DNA from: an uncultured Planctomycetota bacterium
Lineage (GTDB): Bacteria > Planctomycetota > Planctomycetia > Gemmatales > Gemmataceae
Reading direction: 5' to 3'
DNA: 64,000 nt
Assembly: GCA_963849325.1 (NCBI GenBank)
Contig: CAWKHF010000002.1
Location: forward strand, 864,001-928,000
Both the position numbers and the translations under genes were made by a program. This document shows, piece after piece, positions 51,778 to 61,739 of this stretch. Under the pieces are notes generated by a model, which worked only from the letters and a program-made list of their open reading frames with translations, did no database searches and had not been told where the DNA came from. Numbering within the stretch: position 1 is the first letter of the stretch; the number at the start of each line of letters is the position of its first letter.

Positions 51778-53191
51778 ATGCACTGCGGACGTTTCCTCGC
51801 TCCTCCCTTGACCCGACGCGACATGCTGCTGCGCTGCGCCAACGGCTTTGGTGCCGTCGCCCTGGCCGCACTGCTGGCCGAGGAGGGACGATCCGCTGCC
51901 CCGTCGCCGATGCCGCATTTCCCCGCCCGCGCCCGCAACGTGATCTTTCTCTACATGGACGGCGGCCCTTCGCAGGTGGACACCTTCGATTACAAGCCGC
52001 TGCTGGAGAAGTATCACGGACGCGATCCTCACTCCGTCTTCAAGGTCGAGCCGACGCAGTTCAACAACGTCGGCCGGGTGATGGCCTCGCCGTGGAAGTT
52101 CCGCCGCCGCGGCCAGAGCGGCCTGTGGGTGAGCGACCTGTTTCCGCACGTCGGCGAGTGCATTGACGAGCTGTGCCTGGTCCGTTCGATGGTGTCGAAG
52201 TTCCCCGAGCACACCAGTGCCAACTATTTCCTACACACCGGCTCCGGCTTGCAGGGCCGCCCGAGCATGGGCGCCTGGATCAGCTACGGCCTGGGCAGCC
52301 TCAACCGCAATCTGCCGGGCTTCATCGTTCTCAACGGCGGACTCATCCCGCCGGGCGGACTGGACAACTTCAACAGCGGCTTCCTGCCGGCCGCCTACCA
52401 GGGATCGATCTTCCGTCCCGCCGACCCGCCCGTGGCCAACATCCGCCGCCTGGAAGCGACCGACGCTCAGCAGCGCGGCAAACTCGATCTGCTGCGCCGC
52501 CTCGACGCCGGCGTCGCCGACCGCAGCGGACACGACGACGCCATCGAGTCCGCCATCGCCAATTACGAGACGGCCTACCGTATGCAGACGGCCGTGCCGG
52601 AACTGATGGACATCCAGGGCGAAACCGTGGCGACGAAGAAGCTCTACGGTCTCGACGCGAAGTATGGGCCGACGCGCACCTTCGGGACGCAGTGCCTCAT
52701 TGCCCGGCGTTTGATCGAGCGCAGCAGCGCGCTTCATCGAATTGACCTGTCCGCAAGTAAGCGGCGACCGCTGGGACCAGCACGCCAGTTTGAAGCAGGG
52801 CCACGAGAACAACGCCCGCGCCGTCGATCAGCCCATTGCGGCACTGTTGAAAGACCTCAAATCGCGCGGACTACTGGACGAGACGCTGTTGCTCTGGGCC
52901 GGCGAGTTCGGACGGACGCCGTTCGCCCAGGGCGGCGATGGCCGCGATCACAACCCGTTCGGCTTCACGATTTGGCTGGCCGGTGGCGGCGTCAAGAATG
53001 GTTTCGTCTACGGCGAGACCGACGAGTGGGGCTACAAAACGGTCGTCAACCGGGTCGAGATCCACGACCTGCACGCCACGCTGTTGCACCTTCTCGGCGT
53101 GGACCACAAGCGCCTCACCGTACGCTTCGGCGGCCGTGACATGCGGTTGACCGACGTGCATGGCGAGATCGTCAAGGACATCCTCGCCTGA
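51778..53191 (+). CDS. DUF1501 family protein with Tat signal (indel near 52722)
   Basis: [55 protein letters not shown]. Confidence 0.93.
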
Positions 53192-53200
53192 TTGGCTCCT

Positions 53201-54284
53201 TTAGCGGCGGGTGAAAAGGGCCGCCGTCAGCAGATAGCGAAAGCGATAGCGCTGTGGCTCCCCCTTCACCCGGGCATGAACGCGCTCGAACAACGCCTCG
53301 ATGACCTGCGGATCGCCCTTCGTCCCGACCAGGGCGGCTCGGGCCACCGGCTCGGAGAAGGCACGCAGGAAACCCGTATAGGCATCGGCCAGGGCCGCCG
53401 CATCTGCGGTGCGGTCGAACTCGACCAGAAAGGGGGTCGGCACTTCCAGCGTCTCGGCCCGGTCGATGGCAAACGTCTCCCGCAGCGGCGAACCTTCGCG
53501 CTCCAGCGGCGCCAGCGTCTCCGGCACCGAGCGGAAATACAGGGGCATTGTGAAGCGCTCGTAGTCTTCGCGCTGCAATTGTCCGGCCGCGATCAGGTCG
53601 AGGCAGGCGTCGTTGAGCACGTCATAGAGTCCGTCGCAGAGGCGGTGTTCGGCGCCGTCGCCGGGACTGACCACCAGGAGTTTGCCTCCAGGCACCAGCT
53701 CGCGGGCACGGCACTCCAGGAAACGACGCAGGTCTCGTTCGGCCTGGCCGGAGAAGGCGGCGACCGATTCCGGCGACACGTGAAGTCCCGGCCGGGGTGG
53801 GTGCGGTCGGCGATAGCACACAAAGTCCGGCACCGGCGCCGGGGGCAATGCATCCAGCCACAGCAGGGCGTTGAAGGCCGTGGCGAAGTGGACGGAGCGC
53901 CGACGGCAACAACGGTTCGTAGAACGACCCCGCCACCGCGCTGGGATACACTTCCGTCGCCAGTCCGCCGGACATCCGGGCTTGGTTCAGATTGGTGAAC
54001 AGTTGATTGAAGTTGTTGCTGGGCAGGTCGCTGTAGACCGTCTGAATTACCTGTTCCGCCCGCCGTCGCCGAACGGCCTCGACGACCGTGTTCATGGCGA
54101 GCACGGCGTTTCGCCCTTCTGAGGAGCCCAGGTCCAGCACGACCAGCGGCTGGGATGCCGGGGGCAATGCCAGGGAGGCGACGGCGTCCTCGATCCAGTC
54201 GAAGACCAGCCGAATAGACGCCTGCTGCGCCGCTGAGTGCTGATCGTAGTAGCCCGCGCCTTTCATCCCTGTTGTGGCCGGCAT
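53201..54284 (-). CDS. SAM-dependent carboxyl methyltransferase, SABATH / Methyltransf_7 family (indel near 53900)
   Basis: MKGAGYYDQHSAAQ, LDLGSSEGRNA, YSDLPSNNFNQLF, VAGSFY, corrected SVHFATAFNALLWL, DLRRFLECRARELVPGG. Confidence 0.85.
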
Positions 54285-54699
54285 GGGAAACATCCTCGTG
54301 GGTAGTGTCCTAACAGGGTGTTGATCGTCGCTAAGACCGCTCAACAGTCATCCATTCACAATGCCGATCTGGTCATCTCTATCGCTCTGCTGACCGCGTT
54401 TATGTAATCGTTTGATACGCCGAACGAGGATTGAAGATTCCAAACTCTTCGTCAAAAGAGCAGAATCGGGACAACTCCGAAAAGGTATAGTGTATCGGTC
54501 AACTCTGCGGTCGAAAACTTCATCTATCGTCGTCCAGCGTACGGACTTTAAAATCCACTTTGTCAAAGTTCCCCTCGTTGCCCAGCCTGGCCGACCGTTA
54601 CCAGGAGGAAAACCTTGAGACCAGCCATCTACCGGGCGGTAGTTACTCCGCAGGCAGAAGTCCCAGGCCGTGATTGATGGCCTTCACCCATTCCGAGCA

Positions 54700-55207
54700 G
54701 GACAGCGGCATCGGAATCGCCCCCGAGCACCTGCCCCGGCTGTTCGAGATGTTTTCGCAGGTGAAGACAGCTTTGGAGCGGTCTCAGAGTGGTCTGGGCA
54801 TCGGCCTGTCGCTGGTTGAGGGGTTGGTGGAAATGCACGGCGGCGCAGTGGAGACCCGCAGCGAAGGGTTGGGCAAGGGCAGCCAGTTCATCGTCCGGCT
54901 GCCGGTGGCGGGCGAGACGCTAGCCTGGGAGTCGCCGCGACCCGGCAGCGACGAACAGGCCGCTTCCCGATCCAGGAAACGTGTCCTCGTCGTGGACGAC
55001 AACCGGGACGCCGCCGACAGCCTGGCCCTGCTGCTGCGGCTCGGTGGTCAGGACGTTCACGCCGTTCACGACAGTCAGGAGGCGGTGGACGCGGCGGGCT
55101 GGTTCCGGCCCAACCTGGCGTTACGGGACCTCGGGATGCCGAAGCTCAACGGTTTCGAGGCGGCTCGACGCACCCGCGAGCAGCCCTTCCTTGCCGGCGG
55201 AATATAA
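54700..55207 (+). pseudogene. Remnant of a hybrid histidine kinase (end of HATPase + partial receiver)
   Basis: DSGIGIAPE..GLGIGL..MHGG..FIVRLP, VLVVDDN..DLGMP; lacks sensor, H box, N box and receiver C-terminus. Confidence 0.8.
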
Positions 55208-55208
55208 T
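55203..55208 (+). promoter_or_regulatory. Candidate -10 box (TATAAT)
   Basis: Perfect TATAAT 36 nt upstream of ATG 55245, followed by GAGGA. Confidence 0.4.
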
Positions 55209-55244
55209 AGCGGCAGGATTCGCCCCGCAAGAGGATGCACAGTC

Positions 55245-56829
55245 ATGGCAGGCAGCTACGACGCCCTCATCATCGGCGCCGGTCACAATGGTCTGGTGAC
55301 GGCGTGTTACCTCGCTCGGGCCGGTTGGAAAGTGCTGGTGCTGGAGCGCCGCTACGTCGTCGGCGGCGCCTGCGTCACCGAAGAGATCTTCCCCGGCTTC
55401 AAGGTCTCGACCGCCGCCTACGTCAACAGCCTGTTTCGCAAGGAGATCATCCGTGACCTGCGCCTGGCCGAGTACGGCTTTTCCGTGCTCGAACGCAATC
55501 CGTCGTCTTTCTCACCCTTTTCCGATGGCCGTTATCTTCTTCTTGGCCCGGACGGCGGCCACAACCGCCGCGAGATCGCCAAGTTCAGCGCGCGCGACGC
55601 CGAGAACTTCCCCAAGTACGAGGCGATGCTGGAGCGCGTGGCCAACGTCATCGAGCCGACGCTGTTGATGCGGCCGCCGAACCTGCTGCGGCCGGGCTGG
55701 CGCGACCTGTGGCACCTGTTCCAGCTCGGCCGGGCCTTCCGCAAGATGGGCGCCGGCATGAGCGAGGCCGTCGAAGTGCTGACCGGCCCGGCCCGCACCA
55801 TTCTCGATCGCTGGTTCGAGTCGGAGCAATTGAAGGCCACGCTGGCCACCGATGCCATCATCGGAGCGATGGCCGCCCCGAGCATGCCGGGTACGGCCTA
55901 CGTACTGTTCCATCACGTCATGGGCGAAACCAACGGCAAGCGCGGCGTATGGGCCTACGTCGCGCGGCGGCATGGGCGGGCTGACGCAGGCGCTGGCCCG
56001 TGCCGGCAAGGCGCTGGGCGTCGAGGTCCGTACCGAGGTCGAGGTCGCTCGCATCCTCGTCCGGGACGGCGCGGCCGAGGGCGTCGCCCTGGCCGACGGC
56101 ACGGAGTTTCGCGCTCGCGTCGTCGCCAGCAACGCCGACGCCCACGTCACCTTCAACCGTCTCCTCGACAACCGCCTGCTGCCACCGGCCTTCGCCGAGT
56201 CGATTAACCGCATCAGCTACGACAGCGCCTCGCTGAAGATCAACGTCGCCCTGTCGGAGTTGCCGGACTTCACCGCCTGTCCCGGCTCGCAGCCCGGTCC
56301 GCAGCACCGCGGCACCATCCACATCTGTCCCGATCAGGATTACATCGAACGCGCCTACGACGACGCCAAGTATGGCCGGCCCTCCGAGAAGCCCGTCCTC
56401 GAATGCACCCTGCCGTCGGCCGTCGATAACACCGTCGCCCCGGAGGGACGGCACCTGATGTCTCTGTTCGTGCAGTACGCCCCCTACAAGCTGCGTCCGG
56501 GCAACTGGGACGAAATCAAGGAGGGCTTCGCCGATCGCTGTTTCGACATCCTCAACGAGTACGCTCCGAACTTCAAGCGTTCGGTGATCGCGCGGCAGGT
56601 ACTGTCGCCGCTGGACCTGGAGCGGACGTTCGCCCTGACGGGCGGCAACATCTTCCAGGGGGCGATGACGCTGAATCAGCTGTTTTTCCTGCGTCCGGTG
56701 CCGGGCTTCGCCGGCTATCGCACGCCCATTCGCGGCCTGTTCCTGTGCGGCGCGGCGGCGCATCCGGGCGGCGGCGTCATCGGCGCGGCCGGCTGGAACG
56801 CGGCGCGGACCATCCTGGGCAAAGCATGA
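55245..56829 (+). CDS. Phytoene dehydrogenase-like FAD-dependent oxidoreductase (PYROXD2-like; indel near 55962)
   Basis: IIGAGHNGLV, LERR..VGGACVTEE, AYVLFHHVMG, GGMG, GGNIFQG, CGAAAHPGGGV. Confidence 0.92.
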
Positions 56830-56861
56830 GCCATACCGGCATCCGTTGTTGGAGAGTTGGA

Positions 56862-57191
56862 ATGAGTTCTTCCAAAGTTGAAACGCCCGAAGCCCTGGCC
56901 GCCCGCGTCGAGGTCAGCGACGATACCCTGTCCGTGGAGTTGATTGATGGCCGGACCATCGCTGTCCCCGTGGCCTGGTATCCGCGCCTGGCGCACGCCA
57001 CCGCCGAGGAGCGGAATTCGTGGCGGTTGATCGGGGGCGGCCGAGGTATTCATTGGCCGGCGATCGATGAGGACATCAGCGTCGCCAATCTCCTGGATGG
57101 TCAGCCGTCGGCCGAGAGTCAAAGTTCCTTCAAGAAGTGGCTCGCCGGCCGCACGAAACGGGCCGGCAGACGGAAACGGTCGAGGAGCTGA
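56862..57191 (+). CDS. DUF2442 family protein
   Basis: LSVELIDGRTIAVPVAWYPRL..AT.EER..W..IGGG.GIHWPAIDEDISV. Confidence 0.88.
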   Translation: MSSSKVETPEALAARVEVSDDTLSVELIDGRTIAVPVAWYPRLAHATAEERNSWRLIGGGRGIHWPAIDEDISVANLLDGQPSAESQSSFKKWLAGRTKRAGRRKRSRS

Positions 57192-57196
57192 TAGGA

Positions 57197-57202
57197 TACA
57201 AT
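57197..57202 (+). promoter_or_regulatory. Candidate -10 box (TACAAT) 7 nt before the pyrC ATG
   Basis: GGATACAATCTCCCTCATG. Confidence 0.35.
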
Positions 57203-57209
57203 CTCCCTC

Positions 57210-58500
57210 ATGAACATTCTTCGCATCAGCAACGGCCGCGTCATCGACCCCGCGCAGGGCATCGACCAGGTAACGGACCTGTGGATTCGCGGCGAGCACG
57301 TCCTCGGCGTCGGGCCGCACCCCTCGACGCAGGCCGACCACGTCCTCGACGCCACGGGCAAGATCGTCTGTCCTGGACTGATCGACATGCACGTCCACCT
57401 GCGCGAGCCGGGACGCGAGGAGGACGAGACCATCAGCACCGGCACGGCGGCGGCGCTGGCCGGCGGCGTCACGTCGGTGGCCTGCATGCCCAACACCGAG
57501 CCGGCCCTGGACAGCCAGGCGGCGGCCGAGTTCGTCCACTTGCAGGCCAAACGCGCCGGCAACGCCAACGTCTTCCCCATCGGCGCCATCACCAAGGGAC
57601 GGCACGGCAAGGAACTGGCGGAGATCGGCGGTCTCGTCGAGGGCGGGGCCGTCGCCTTCACCGATGACGGTTCGCCGGTGCAAAGCGCCGAGATCATGCG
57701 CCGCGCCATGGAATACTGCAAGATGTTCGACAAGGCCGTCCTCAGTCATTCCGAGGACCTCGACCTGACGCGCGGCGGCGTCATGAACGAGGGCTTCGAG
57801 AGCATGCGTCTGGGTCTGCGCGGCATGCCGGCCGCCGCCGAGGAGGTCATGGTCTACCGCGAGATCGCCCTGGCCGAGCTGACCGGGGCGCGCGTCCACA
57901 TCCTGCACGTCTCCACGGCCGGCAGCGTCGAGCTGATCCGCCGCGGCAAGCAGCGCGGCGTCCGCGTCAGCGGCGAAGCCTGCCCGCACCATTTCACCCT
58001 GACCGACAAGTGCCTGCGCACCTTCGACAGCAATTACAAAATGGCGCCGCCGCTGCGTACCGAAGAGGACGTGCAAGCCATCCTGGCGGGCCTGTGCGAC
58101 GGCACGCTCGAAGTGATCGCCACCGATCACGCCCCGCACGCCCCGGAGAAGAAGATGCGCGAGCTGGACCAGGCGCCCAACGGCATCATCGGCCTGGAGA
58201 CGCTGTTGCCCGTCTGCGTCAAGGCGCTGATCGAGCCGGGGCACCTGACCTGGCCGCAGCTCATCGAGAAGCTGACCGTCAATCCGGCACGCGTGCTCGG
58301 CATCGACCGCGGCACTCTCAAGCCGGGGGCGGTCGCCGACGTGACGATCCTCGATCCGGCCGTCGAGTGGACCATCGACCCGGCGCAGCTTCCGATCCAA
58401 GAGCCGCAACTGTCCGTTCGCCGGCTGGCAGGTGCGCGGCTGGGCGGATACCGTGCTGGTCGGCGGAGCCATCAAGTTCCAGCGCGATGGCGCGGCGTGA
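57210..58500 (+). CDS. pyrC: Dihydroorotase (indel near 58388)
   Basis: DMHVHLREPG, CMPNT, FTDDG, HVST, CPHH, KMAPPLR, ATDHAPH; corrected tail FRSKSRNCPFAGWQVRG..GAA*. Confidence 0.95.
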
Positions 58501-58546
58501 GCAGGTGAAGTGCGGCAAGCGTTGGCGTCGCTCGGACCTGCCGGCA

Positions 58547-61153
58547 TCACTTCTTCAATTGACTGGTAATACTCGGGTCGGTGATGCGCGCGTCCTCCGC
58601 CAGCAGGAAGGCTTTGCTGAGGATGACCGACAGCGTGCTGTCTCCCTCGAACGGCAACAAGACACGCTCCTGCCCGGCCGTCGTCTGCCGGGGCACGATG
58701 CACAGGTATTGATCGTTCGGTGCCATCAGGATGTTGCCGCTGCCCAGGTGGATCTTGTAGCTCCGCAGCGTGCCGCGAACGATCAGGAAACGCTCCGACA
58801 GCGTGCAGCGGTCGGCGATCTTGAGGCGCGGAACCAGCCGTTCCAGCAAGGCGCGTCGCGTCTGCGCCGTGGCGGAGAGTTCGCCGAACGAATAGCTCTG
58901 CCAGTAATCGCGATAACGCCCTTCCGGCCCGCCGTCCGACCAGTTGGGGTCGTTGCCGACGCTGGCCACGCCGACGAACAGATCGACATCGCGCAGGATC
59001 TCGGAGAAGACCAGGGCCGGTATCTTCTCCATCGGCAACGGCTCATCGCTCTCCTGGTCCCAGCGGCCATAACCGCCGCCGCCGGCATGGGCATGCAATT
59101 GCGGAGCGTTCAACTCGTAGAAGCGCACCTGATCGGTCGTCAGATAGAGAAAGGCTCCGGCGTCGTTGGTATCGCGGCCATACTCGTCGCCCGCGCCTTC
59201 GATCCAGTATTCCGCCCGCAGCCCCCAGGCCGGCAGCAACCGATGGGCCGGAGGATAGCTGTCATCCACCATCAGCCGCAGCTTGTTCTTCCAACCGCGC
59301 GCGGCGCAAAGAGCATGGAACTGGTGCTGGCGAAGGACGTGGGCGGCGAAACGATTGGAATACGTGTTCGTGCGGCGCTCCGCGTCGGTGAGCAAATAGA
59401 CCTCTCGATGCGCTTGCTTGAACGGTTGAATCACTTCGCGTCGCTCCAGCCAATCGCGCCACGCCAGCACTTCCTCCATCGCCTGGCCGATGGGATGCCA
59501 TAGGGAGACGGTTGCTTCATCCGTGAGGTTCAACGGCTTGCCGTTGACGCCAACCAGGCTGCCGCCGTGCCAGATGCCGTTGATCGTTCGGCTTTTGGCG
59601 GTGAACGACCAGATGAGGCGGCGGGCGATGGTGCCGATCAGCGGATGGTCCAGGTAGCGTTCGCGCCAGACACTCAGGGGCCAGGACTTGCGGCTGAGAA
59701 ACAACGTATCGAGGCGTTCGCGCTGGGCGGGCAGCATGGCGTTGATGTCCTTGACCGCCGCTTGCAATTCCTTGAGTTCCGCCGCGTGTTCCTTCTTCAC
59801 GGCGGCGGGAGTGGACTTGATCGGTTTGTCCTGCTTGAGCCAGTGCAAGGCGGCGGAGCTGCCATCGACGGTCAGCTCGGCCTGGTACTCGCCGAACGAT
59901 TCGCGGAGTTGACCGACATCCTCCAGACCATACGACGGCACGGCCAATTCTTCGATGTCCTCGCGCGGCAGGTTTTCGCGCGCCGCCGCGGCATGGAACG
60001 CTTTGTCGATTTCCTTCTGGGCGGTGCCGAACTTGACCTTCACTTTCAAGAGGGCGAGCTGGCCGATGGGCGGCAGACCGGGCATCAGGCCCAGGGCCGT
60101 CACGCAGGCATTGCCCAGCGACACCAGGCGCGGTCCCTTGCCTGGAATTTTTCGGTAGGCGCTACGGCGCAGGCGAGTCAGGGCGCGGGCCAGGTCCGCG
60201 TCTTCGCGCAGGCCGGCACACCAGGCGAGGCCGCGAAGCAGCTCGACATGCACAGGAATGATGAGGTTGTCGTAATCCGGTTCCCAGTTATTCTGCCGCT
60301 CCCGGGGTAGCGTTCGGGGTTTATCCACCAGCGGGAACCAGCGTAGAACGTGTTCTTTGAAGGCGTCGAAGCCGACAGCGTCAAGCAGCCGTCGTGCTTC
60401 TTCGGCCCAGCGTTCCGTAAACTTACCGCACCCGCCGGTTTGACAATGAATCAGCAGTGCATTCCAGGACTTGCTTGCTCTGGCTCTCATTTTGCGCAGA
60501 TCGGCCAGGGCGGCATCGGACCAAGCTTCTCCTTCTTCGAGATGGATCATCGGGCTGCCCGCGAGCCGTGTTTGCAAGCGGTCAGCGACCTTGCGGCTAT
60601 CCTTATCGTTCGAGTCCTCGCGCAAAAGAGCGATGAACGTTTCCAGTGTGGCACGGAGGGAATCGCCGCTTTCATTTCCTTCCGCAAAGTTCTCGATAGC
60701 GGCCGCCATGCCGGATAGAGGATAGTAAAAGTTATATTTGTACTGGATGCCATCGGCGGCCCGGATCGGCCATTGAAACAGGCGGATCAAGGTCGCCTCG
60801 CTTAACGGCAAGGCACGGCGTAAGAGTCCTCGCAGCGTTTCTACAAACGGCCAGCGTGAGGTCCAGATGAGGGTCCATTCTCGCACATTCCGCTTCCGCT
60901 CCTGTGGATCGAACGCGGCGATCTTTGCTTCCAAGTCCTCCAAACGGTCGAGGATCGCGTTCACGAGAGCAGCTTGCGTCTCGCCGTCCTGGGCCAGAAT
61001 CGCCTTACCCTTCGGGAAATCGTTGAGTTTTTTATTGTAACAGCCGCCCGGAAAACACTTGGAATTGAACTCTTCCACGAACTTATCCAGCAGTTCGTTG
61101 GCCTTCCTCTCTGTCTCGGAAAGCGGGGGCGCATGGGGTTTTCTCTTCGCCAT
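58547..61153 (-). CDS. DUF4132 domain protein
   Basis: YLDHPLIGTIARRLIW, LWHP, QPFKQAHREVY, SNRFAAH, FSEILRDVDLFVGV, C-terminal YKIHLGSGNI..LPFEGD..LSKAFLLA. Confidence 0.9.
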   Translation of the reverse strand: MAKRKPHAPPLSETERKANELLDKFVEEFNSKCFPGGCYNKKLNDFPKGKAILAQDGETQAALVNAILDRLEDLEAKIAAFDPQERKRNVREWTLIWTSRWPFVETLRGLLRRALPLSEATLIRLFQWPIRAADGIQYKYNFYYPLSGMAAAIENFAEGNESGDSLRATLETFIALLREDSNDKDSRKVADRLQTRLAGSPMIHLEEGEAWSDAALADLRKMRARASKSWNALLIHCQTGGCGKFTERWAEEARRLLDAVGFDAFKEHVLRWFPLVDKPRTLPRERQNNWEPDYDNLIIPVHVELLRGLAWCAGLREDADLARALTRLRRSAYRKIPGKGPRLVSLGNACVTALGLMPGLPPIGQLALLKVKVKFGTAQKEIDKAFHAAAARENLPREDIEELAVPSYGLEDVGQLRESFGEYQAELTVDGSSAALHWLKQDKPIKSTPAAVKKEHAAELKELQAAVKDINAMLPAQRERLDTLFLSRKSWPLSVWRERYLDHPLIGTIARRLIWSFTAKSRTINGIWHGGSLVGVNGKPLNLTDEATVSLWHPIGQAMEEVLAWRDWLERREVIQPFKQAHREVYLLTDAERRTNTYSNRFAAHVLRQHQFHALCAARGWKNKLRLMVDDSYPPAHRLLPAWGLRAEYWIEGAGDEYGRDTNDAGAFLYLTTDQVRFYELNAPQLHAHAGGGGYGRWDQESDEPLPMEKIPALVFSEILRDVDLFVGVASVGNDPNWSDGGPEGRYRDYWQSYSFGELSATAQTRRALLERLVPRLKIADRCTLSERFLIVRGTLRSYKIHLGSGNILMAPNDQYLCIVPRQTTAGQERVLLPFEGDSTLSVILSKAFLLAEDARITDPSITSQLKK

Positions 61154-61157
61154 TGGC

Positions 61158-61553
61158 TTACCCTCCCACCAACGGCATCAGACGCAGGAAGGTCACGCTC
61201 GTTCCCGCTTCGATGACGAACTCCTCGTCCAGCGATTCGGTCTGCCGGTCGTTGAGGAGGATCAGAATCTGGTTGTGCTCGAAGCCTTCGATGACGCGCT
61301 CGAATTGCCGCTTCCAATCCAGCATGCGCGGCTTCTGGAGCTTCCAGCCGTTGAGGGTTTTTTCGGCGTCTTCCGGCTGGACCAGGCCGTGATAGACCTG
61401 GCCTTGCTTGATGTTGTAATCTTGCACTTCCTGATAGACCCGGCTGCGAAGAAGCTCGCGGACGGTCATCCGCTCCGCGGTCACGTTCAGATCCCATTCG
61501 CGGTGCGTTCCCGCGCCGAGTGTTTCGTCTCGAATAATCACGGTTGCGCTCAT
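61158..61553 (-). CDS. Small protein with predicted beta-grasp (ubiquitin/MoaD-like) fold and C-terminal Gly-Gly
   Basis: 131 aa: MSATVIIRDE..MTVRELLRSRV..ILILLNDRQTESLDEEF..GTSVTFLRLMPLVGG*; GGAG RBS; 4 nt upstream of the DUF4132 gene. Confidence 0.8.
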   Translation of the reverse strand: MSATVIIRDETLGAGTHREWDLNVTAERMTVRELLRSRVYQEVQDYNIKQGQVYHGLVQPEDAEKTLNGWKLQKPRMLDWKRQFERVIEGFEHNQILILLNDRQTESLDEEFVIEAGTSVTFLRLMPLVGG

Positions 61554-61739
61554 GGGTTGTCTCCGGCCCGTGTCCCGATCGAAAAGCAACCACGACAAAG
61601 CCACTGTAATCCTGAAGATCCTCGGCCGCAAGGATGGTAGTTCCCGAAAGCGCGCCGATTCGTCTTGCACAAGCACGTTCGTCTCGCTATAGCAGCCGCA
61701 TTCCAGATTCAGGCGCGAAATACCGCCGGGGAGGGGACC

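Noticed and set aside
54348-54618. Short ORFs in the AT-richer spacer
   Set aside because: No RBS, motif or typical codon bias
55245-56829. Carotenoid biosynthesis gene crtI
   Set aside because: Motifs fit the broader PYROXD2-like group and there are no crtB/crtE neighbours
17577-58390. Programmed ribosomal frameshifting or mass pseudogenisation
   Set aside because: No shared slippery motif, both insertion and deletion types occur, and core genes are otherwise intact
45658-61553. GG-ending protein as the MoaD partner of the AOR
   Set aside because: It is 14 kb away, has a large non-MoaD insert and is tightly coupled to DUF4132; not excluded, but unsupported
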